This document shows positions 57,626 to 64,000 of a stretch of DNA of 64,000 nucleotides, in pieces. Numbering within the stretch: the first letter of the stretch is position 1; each line of letters opens with the position of its first letter. This stretch comes from an uncultured Verrucomicrobiae bacterium (GTDB taxonomy: Bacteria > Verrucomicrobiota > Verrucomicrobiia > Limisphaerales > Palsa-1400), in contig OY969763.1 of assembly GCA_963702845.1 (NCBI GenBank), forward strand, positions 1,344,001 to 1,408,000. Direction: 5' to 3'. Both the position numbers and the translations under genes were made by a program. The notes beneath the pieces are model-generated. The model worked only from the letters and a program-made list of their open reading frames with translations, was not told where the DNA came from and did no database searches.

Positions 57626-58642
57626 TTATTCAGCCAGCTTCATTTCGTCTTTGGGCGCTTCCAGCAAGGCTGGATCGATGTTCATGCCCAGAGAGAGTTG
57701 GAGGCTGGAGAGTTTGTCTTTGATTTCGTTTAGCGATTTTTTGCCGAAATTGCGGTACTTGAGCATTTCGCTTTCGGTCTTCATCGCCAATTGACCAACG
57801 GTGGTGATGTTGGCGTTGTTCAAGCAATTGGCCGCGCGGACGCTGAGCTCGATTTCGTTGACGCTCATGTTGAGCAGCTTCTTCATCTTCGCTTTTTCGT
57901 CGTCCTGCTTGGCTTCGGTCTCTTCGAATTCGACGGCGTTCTTATCGTAGCCGACGAAGACATCGAGGTGATGCTGCAAAATGGCGGATGCCTGGGTGAG
58001 AGCGTCATCAGGAGTGATGCGGCCGTCGGTCCAGATTTCCATGATCAAACGATCATAGTCAGTGCGCTGGCCGACACGGGCGTTTTCAACGGCGTAACGG
58101 ACGCGGGTGACAGGGGAGAAGAGGGAGTCGATTGCGATGACGCCAATGGCCTGGTCGGGCTTCTTGTTTTCGTCACCGGGGCAAAAGCCACGGCCGACTT
58201 TGACTTCGAGTTCCATCTCGAATTTCTTCTTCTTGTCCAAAGTGCAAACGATTTGCTTCGGGTTGACGATCTCAACGTTCTGGTTGAGTTCGATGTCGCC
58301 GGCAGTCACTTCGCCTTCTTTGTTGACGGAGAGGAGCAGCGTTTGAGGCTCACGGCTGTGAGCCTTGAAAAGGACCTTCTTGAGGTTCAACACCAAATCG
58401 GTGACGTCTTCAACGACGCCTTCGATGGTCGCGAACTCGTGCATGGCACCGTCCACTTTGATGGAGGTGACGGCGGCGCCTTCCAAAGAGGAGAGGAGCA
58501 CGCGGCGCAGGGAGTTGCCGACGGTGTGGCCGTAACCGGTTTCAAACGGTTCAGCGATAAATTTTGCGTAGGTTTCTGTAGCGGTTCCTTCTTCTTTGGA
58601 CAACCGCTTGGGCATTTCGAAACGTCCTAGACGTACTGGCAT
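57626..58642 (-). CDS. rpoA: RNA polymerase subunit alpha
   Basis: EPFETGYGHTVGNSLRRVLLSS, RVGQRTDYDRL, ELSVRAANCL, RNFGKKSL. Confidence 0.99.
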   Translation of the reverse strand: MPVRLGRFEMPKRLSKEEGTATETYAKFIAEPFETGYGHTVGNSLRRVLLSSLEGAAVTSIKVDGAMHEFATIEGVVEDVTDLVLNLKKVLFKAHSREPQTLLLSVNKEGEVTAGDIELNQNVEIVNPKQIVCTLDKKKKFEMELEVKVGRGFCPGDENKKPDQAIGVIAIDSLFSPVTRVRYAVENARVGQRTDYDRLIMEIWTDGRITPDDALTQASAILQHHLDVFVGYDKNAVEFEETEAKQDDEKAKMKKLLNMSVNEIELSVRAANCLNNANITTVGQLAMKTESEMLKYRNFGKKSLNEIKDKLSSLQLSLGMNIDPALLEAPKDEMKLAE

Positions 58643-58751
58643 ATTTTCCTTTCAACAATTTTAATCTGGTCTTTCCGGGTATTTATTCCCGCGCCGGAAA
58701 GGCCCGTATAATTGTTTTTTGTCCCGCATTGCTGCGGGACGTTGTTACTGT

Positions 58752-59360
58752 TTAGCGGGAATAAAATTCAACGACAGCCTGCTCATTGGCAATGGGCTGG
58801 ATTTCGTCACGCGTTGGAACGCGGACGAGGGTTCCTTTGAAAGCTGCTTTGTCCAGCGACAACCATTCAGGGACGGTGCGGCTGGTGGACAGTTCCATGT
58901 TTTTGGTCGCGAGTTGCTTGGAGACGTTGTTGTCTTTGGCTTCGATCACGTCGTTCACTTTGACAGCGAAGGACGGGATGCTGACCTTGCGACCGTTCAC
59001 TTTGACATGGCCGTGGCAAACCATCTGACGCGCCGCAGCGCGGGTGGTGGCGAAACCAAGGTGATAAACGATGTTGTCCAAACGTGTCTCGAGAATCTGC
59101 AGCATTTGCTCGCCGGTAACACCGCGGCGTTTCAGCGCTTTTTCGTAGACGCCACGGAATTGCTTTTCCATGAGGCCGTAGAAGTAGCGCAGCTTTTGCT
59201 TTTCGATCAGGCCGAGACCGTAGTCGGTGTGTTTGCGGCGAGACTTCGGGCCGTGGACACCGGGACCGTAGTTGCGGCGTTCGAGATATTTGTCGGGGCC
59301 GAACATGGCCACACCGAAACGGCGGCTGATGCGAGTTCTTGGTCCTGTATAACGAGCCAT
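58752..59360 (-). CDS. rpsD: 30S ribosomal protein S4
   Basis: MARYTGP, EKQKL, LETRLDN.VY, ARQMV.HGH, VVEFYSR. Confidence 0.99.
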   Translation of the reverse strand: MARYTGPRTRISRRFGVAMFGPDKYLERRNYGPGVHGPKSRRKHTDYGLGLIEKQKLRYFYGLMEKQFRGVYEKALKRRGVTGEQMLQILETRLDNIVYHLGFATTRAAARQMVCHGHVKVNGRKVSIPSFAVKVNDVIEAKDNNVSKQLATKNMELSTSRTVPEWLSLDKAAFKGTLVRVPTRDEIQPIANEQAVVEFYSR

Positions 59361-59405
59361 ATTAAATTCCTATTAATTACAAATTAAAGATTACAAATTA
59401 CAAAA

Positions 59406-60035
59406 TTACACGCGGCGTTTTTTGCGAGGGCGGCAGCCGTTGTGCGGAACTGGCGTGCAGTCTTTGATCGCGCTGATTTCGAGGCCGATGGCCTGAAGTG
59501 CGCGGATGGCGGATTCACGGCCGGAGCCAGGACCCTTGACGCGGACTTCGACTTCGCGCATGCCGTGGGACATGGCTTGACGAGCGGCATCCTGGGCAAC
59601 TTGTTGCGCCGCGAACGCGGTGCTCTTGCGGGAGCCCTTGAAGCCGACGCGACCAGCGGACGACCAACCGAGCACGTTGCCGTGCATATCGGTGATGGTG
59701 ACGTTGGTGTTGTTGAACGTGGCCAAAATGTTTGCGATGCCAACGGCGATGTTCTTCGCGCCTTTGGCTTTGATGATTTTCTTAAGGTTTGGATCATCAC
59801 CCAGCAACTCGGCAGCGGTCGGAGCAGCAGGAGCGGCGACGGCAGCGGGTGCACCGGCAGGGGCAGCACCATCAGCGGGTTTCGCAGCAGCGTCACCGGC
59901 GGGAGCTTTCTCCTTCTTCGGCTTGGCAGCGGCGGCGGGCTTGTCACCGGTCGCGGCAGCGGGTGCTGCAGCAGCGGCGTCGGCTTTCGGCGCTTTTTCT
60001 TTTTTAGGTGCGGCTGGTTTCTTTTCTTCGGCCAT
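59406..60035 (-). CDS. rpsK: 30S ribosomal protein S11 with long Ala/Pro/Lys N-terminal extension
   Basis: [37 protein letters not shown]. Confidence 0.98.
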   Translation of the reverse strand: MAEEKKPAAPKKEKAPKADAAAAAPAAATGDKPAAAAKPKKEKAPAGDAAAKPADGAAPAGAPAAVAAPAAPTAAELLGDDPNLKKIIKAKGAKNIAVGIANILATFNNTNVTITDMHGNVLGWSSAGRVGFKGSRKSTAFAAQQVAQDAARQAMSHGMREVEVRVKGPGSGRESAIRALQAIGLEISAIKDCTPVPHNGCRPRKKRRV

Positions 60036-60062
60036 AAAATTAAATGTGAGTGTGAAAGTGAA

Positions 60063-60458
60063 TTAATGAATACCGGTCTTGGCGTTCGGATTGCGTTGGA
60101 CACCGACTGTCTTGCGCGGGCCTTTGCGCGTGCGCGCGTTGGTCGAGGTGCGTTGACCGCGGACAGGCAGACCGCGCAGATGGCGGACGCCGCGATAGCA
60201 CTTGATGCCTTGCAGGCGCTTGAGGTTCATGCCGAGTTCGCGGCGCAGGTCACCTTCGATGACGTACTTGCCGTCCTGAATGGCGTGAACGATTTGGGAC
60301 ATCTGTTGCTCAGTCAGGTCCTTGGCGCGCGTCTGCGGATCGATCTTGGCGTTTTCGAGAATGACGACCGCGTTGGAAGGGCCGATGCCGTAGATGTAGC
60401 GCAGAGCGATGTCGATTCGCTTGTGGCCGGGAATTTCTACTCCGATGATACGTGCCAT
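60063..60458 (-). CDS. rpsM: 30S ribosomal protein S13
   Basis: [40 protein letters not shown]. Confidence 0.99.
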   Translation of the reverse strand: MARIIGVEIPGHKRIDIALRYIYGIGPSNAVVILENAKIDPQTRAKDLTEQQMSQIVHAIQDGKYVIEGDLRRELGMNLKRLQGIKCYRGVRHLRGLPVRGQRTSTNARTRKGPRKTVGVQRNPNAKTGIH

Positions 60459-60534
60459 ATATTTTAAAAAATTCGGTTAAAGGTGTCAATTAGGTCGAAT
60501 TTAGGTGAATTAAACTGTATTTCCGTGCACCTAA

Positions 60535-60648
60535 TTAGCCCTGACGTTGTTTGTGACGGGCATTAGAGCAAATCACGCGAATAACGCCTTTGCGCTTCAC
60601 GATTTTGCAGTTTTCACACAGTTTTTTGACTGATGCTCGCACTTTCAT
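60535..60648 (-). CDS. rpmJ: 50S ribosomal protein L36 (zinc-ribbon type)
   Basis: Hand translation: [37 protein letters not shown]; too short for the ORF track. Confidence 0.97.
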   Translation of the reverse strand: MKVRASVKKLCENCKIVKRKGVIRVICSNARHKQRQG

Positions 60649-60694
60649 AACAAGTCTTCTATTTTTCAGTTTTCAGTTTTCAGCAAACTCAAAT

Positions 60695-60913
60695 TCACTC
60701 ATCACGCATCGTGATGCAGCCCTTTCGACAAATCGTAGGGTGACATTAGCACCGTTACGACATCCCCAACGCAATCTTTTCAAAACTCAAACGACGCTTG
60801 CCGGACACGTGGGCCAGGAGGCGATGGCCATTGGCCAATTCGACCCTGAACAACGTGTTCGGCAACACTTCCACTATCTTACCTTCAACTTTGATGGCAT
60901 CTTCTCGGGCCAT
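60695..60913 (-). CDS. infA: Translation initiation factor IF-1-like protein (divergent, frameshifted)
   Basis: [37 protein letters not shown], then in another frame [17 protein letters not shown]; sits between map and rpmJ. Confidence 0.85.
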
Positions 60914-60954
60914 TGTTACCAAACTCCGCCTCGTTACCTCGGCGGCTACAAAAA

Positions 60955-61735
60955 TCAACCAACGGCACTTTGTTTCACCAAAGTCAGAATTTCCGGTTCT
61001 GAATCCGTAATCAAAACCGTATGTTCAAAATGGGCGGAGAGTTGACCATCTTTGGTAACTACTGTCCAGCCATCTTTGAGGACCTGAACTTCCGGGCCTC
61101 CTGCATTGACCATCGGTTCAATGGCTATGGTCATGCCGGCCCGTAACTTAGGCGAACTTTTGTCATTTTCAACAAAATTTGGCACTTGCGGTTCTTCATG
61201 AACCGATTTGCCAACGCCATGTCCTACAAATTCTCTTACTACACTGAATCCATTGGATTCGACATAGTTCTGAATCGCGCGCGATATATCAACAACCCTG
61301 TTCCCTGCCACCGCTTGTCCAATTCCCACATAAAGAGCGCGTTCCGTAACATCCATCAGGTGCTGAGCGTGCAAATTGCACCCTCCAACAGCCACTGTCC
61401 TGGCAGTGTCACCGATATAACCGTTATATCGGATTCCCACATCCAGACTGATAATATCCCCAAAATTCACTCGGCGATCGGTCGCCAGGCCGTGGACGAC
61501 TCATCATTAACCGAGATGCAGATATTGCACGGATATTTGCGGTAGTTCAAAAACGCGCTTTTCGCGCCGTAATGCCTTGATCCGCTCCGCCGCAAACTCA
61601 TCTATTTCCTTCGTCGTAACACCCGGCCGAATAAATTGTGCCACTTCGTCAAGAACCGTTCCGGCAACCGCACAAGCCGGTCGCATCGCCTGCAAGTCGC
61701 GTTCTGATTTTAATAATGATCTGTTTCGACGCCAC
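60955..61735 (-). CDS. map: Methionine aminopeptidase type I (frameshifted)
   Basis: [43 protein letters not shown]-terminal fragments PGVTT.EID and CISVN in other frames. Confidence 0.93.
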
Positions 61736-61798
61736 AGAACACTACCTGTCTGAGAACCGAGCGGCGAATTCCAAAAGCTTCGCCGCTTCGATCACTCA

Positions 61799-63190
61799 TT
61801 AAAATCTTCCCTTGATACGGCCCTTCTTGAGGAAGCCGTCGTAATGGCGCATCAACAGGTGCGATTCCATCTGGCGCATGGTGTCGAGCATGACACCGAC
61901 CATGATCAGCAAACTGGTGCCGCCGAAAAATTGGGACACAGAAATGGGAATGCGCATCAGTTCCTGGAGCAGGATCGGAATGACGGCAATGGCAGTCAGG
62001 AAGATCGCGCCGGCGAGGGTGATGCGGCTCATTGTCTTGTGCAGGAAATCGCTGGTGGCCTGGCCCGGACGAACGCCAGGAATGTAACCGCCGCCTTTTT
62101 TCATATCGTCAGCGATTTGGATTTCGTTGAACTGTGTCGCCACCCAGAAATAGGAGAAGAACAGGATCAACAGACCGTAAAGAGTCAGATAGAGGAACGA
62201 ACCGCGATCCAACTGAAGCCGACATCTGCAAGAGGAACGGCATGTTGAATTTTGTGCCGGCCAAGCGCAATATCATGGAGGGGAACATCAGCAATGCCTG
62301 GGCGAAGATGACTGGCATAACGCCAGCGTAGTTGACGCGCAGCGGCATGAACGAGCTGCCACCGGAATAAATTTTGCGACCAACAGCGCGTTGAGCGTAT
62401 TGGACGGGAATTTTGCGTTGCGCCTGGGTCACGGCGATGGTGCCAGCGATAACCGCGCAGAGCAACAGGACCAACGCGACGGCGTGACCCCAGTTGAAAT
62501 GGATTCGTGTCGGCCGACGCCGCAGGCGGGAAGAACATATCCCAAGCACCTTGGACAGCGGCAGGCAAGCGAGCCAAAATGCCGATGGTGATAATGAGGG
62601 AGATACCATTGCCGATACCGCGTTCGGTGATTTGTTCACCGAGCCACATCAAGAGCATGGTGCCGGTGGCGAGAATGATCGTGGTTTCGATGCGGAAAAT
62701 CCAAAGGTGTGATTGGTGGGCAACGAGATTGCCCGTGAAGCCTTTGAACAATCGAACTAGCGTTTTCCCAACCAAGCGCCATGAACCAGCCCTGGCCGAT
62801 GCACAGGATCAAGGTGCCGACACGGCCGTATTGCACCAACTTCGCGCGTCCGCCTTCTTCTCGAGCAAGCTTTGAGAGCTGCGGAATGACGGCGGTGAGC
62901 AACTGAATGATAATGGTCGCGCTGATGTAAGGCATGATGCCGAGCGAACCAATCGCGCAGCGTTCAAAACCACCACCCGTGAACATGCTGTACATGCCGA
63001 GCAAGCCGTTGTTAGCGGAATTGCCATTCGCCTGGAAGAATTTGACCAAGTCAGCGGCGTTGGTGCCGGGGCAGGGGATCAGCGAGGCAAGGCGGCAAAT
63101 CGCCAGAACGAAGAGCGTGAACAGGATTCGCGACTTCAGCTCCGGAATTTTGAAGCAGTTGCTGAGGGTGTTGATGATTGATTTAAGCAT
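61799..63190 (-). CDS. secY: Preprotein translocase SecY (split over four frames)
   Basis: [71 protein letters not shown]. Confidence 0.96.
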
Positions 63191-63274
63191 TTAACAAAAG
63201 CTCCATGCTCCATCCCGAATACGATCGGGATAAACTGCCAGCATCAAATTTTGGTTGTTCGATGCGAGTCATTA

Positions 63275-63760
63275 TTACTTTGCCGCAACTTTAGCTGTCG
63301 CTTCGGCTTTGGGTTTCGTGATCAGGTTGCACGTGCCACCTGCTTTTTCGATCGCAGCCTTGGCGGAAGCGCTGAATGCATGAGCGGAAACGGTGAGTTT
63401 TTTTGTCACTTCGCCGGTGCCGAGAATTTTGATCAAGGTGACTGTGCCATTGGCTATACCAGTCTTGCGCAAAACAGCTTCGTCAACAGTCGCGCCGTTA
63501 TCGAATTGATTCAGGCTCTTGAGGTTGACCGGAATATAGCGAGTGGTAAACGCGGTGTTATTAAAGCCACGTTTGGGCATACGGCGAATGAGCGGCATCT
63601 GACCGCCTTCGAAACCGATGCGAATGGAGCTACCGGAACGGGCGGTCTGGCCTTTGCCACCGCGACCGCTGGTTTTACCGTGGCCGCTGGATTCACCCTG
63701 GCCGAGGCGTTTGCGACGATGCTTTGCGCCGGGGCGCGGTGATAAATTATGTAAACGCAT
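63275..63760 (-). CDS. rplO: 50S ribosomal protein L15
   Basis: GKTSGRGGKGQTAR, GFEGGQMPL.RR.PKRGF, FS.SA..AIEKAGG. Confidence 0.98.
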   Translation of the reverse strand: MRLHNLSPRPGAKHRRKRLGQGESSGHGKTSGRGGKGQTARSGSSIRIGFEGGQMPLIRRMPKRGFNNTAFTTRYIPVNLKSLNQFDNGATVDEAVLRKTGIANGTVTLIKILGTGEVTKKLTVSAHAFSASAKAAIEKAGGTCNLITKPKAEATAKVAAK

Positions 63761-63802
63761 AACCAAATCTTGTAATCAGTAAATCAGTAAACAGTAATCA
63801 AT

Positions 63803-64000
63803 TTAAGCAGCCGGTGCAGTAGGAGCTTCAGGAGCTTTTGTTTCCACTGCGGGAACTTTCGCTTTCGGCGTCTTAACTTCCAAACCGCGCAAACGATAGA
63901 TGTCTTCGCGCAAGCGCAATTGTTTCAAACCGTGCAAAGTTGCTTTAACGACGTTGGACGGATTGTTCGAACCGAGCGATTTGCTCAGGATGTCTTTAAT
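63803..64000 (-). CDS. rpsE: 30S ribosomal protein S5, C-terminal part
   Basis: Hand translation: [29 protein letters not shown]...[15 protein letters not shown]. Confidence 0.93.
   Translation of the reverse strand: MKDILSKSLGSNNPSNVVKATLHGLKQLRLREDIYRLRGLEVKTPKAKVPAVETKAPEAPTAPAA

Noticed and set aside
304..60467. Long antisense ORFs (e.g. 304-1164, 8667-9476, 10204-11316, 17415-18560, 57791-58630, 59442-60467)
   Set aside because: Shadow ORFs opposite well-supported genes, expected from GC-rich codon usage; no motifs.
60695..63190. Programmed ribosomal frameshifting or true pseudogenes in secY/map/infA
   Set aside because: Multiple scattered indels in essential genes with no consistent slippery sites; sequencing error is more parsimonious.
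1..64000. tRNA, rRNA, prophage, transposase or known defence genes
   Set aside because: None recognised by eye; a tRNAscan/Infernal/HMM run would be needed to exclude divergent cases.

Overview
A 64-kb chromosomal window, inferred to come from a Verrucomicrobiota bacterium (Pedosphaera/Limisphaerales-like). The inference rests on the ECF-sigma-DUF3738 fusion, verrucomicrobial REP-type palindromes, Ala/Lys/Pro-extended ribosomal proteins and large Ig/LamG surface proteins. Housekeeping genes include tag, trpF, fpg, pdxJ-acpS, cdd, lolCD, lemA/M48, hup, aguB, gluQ, uxaC, kdoO and a gmhB-like gene. The window also holds a five-gene exopolysaccharide cluster, two large secreted proteins (about 3140 and 1223 aa) sharing an unrecognised C-terminal domain, and the distal spc/alpha ribosomal operon (rpsE-rplO-secY-map-infA-rpmJ-rpsM-rpsK-rpsD-rpoA-rplQ). 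Many genes, including essential secY and map, are broken by indels in patches, most simply explained by sequencing/assembly error. I found no tRNA, rRNA, CRISPR, integrase or transposase. The most unusual signals are: (1) a strictly 21-bp-periodic array (GGCGTG core plus variable segments, 9 units) between a REP doublet and an orphan helical/FN3-like gene, with a second 21-bp array at 44.3 kb; (2) a consensus sigma70 promoter overlapping a perfect 22-bp inverted repeat with no downstream gene; (3) the giant protein built from 12 copies of an unrecognised 'RESP/SFFD' domain carrying out-of-context peptides; (4) an NrdR-type box upstream of an ATP-cone/uridine-kinase fusion; (5) a GmhB-like protein lacking its catalytic aspartates. 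Family assignments come from motif recognition, not database searches.
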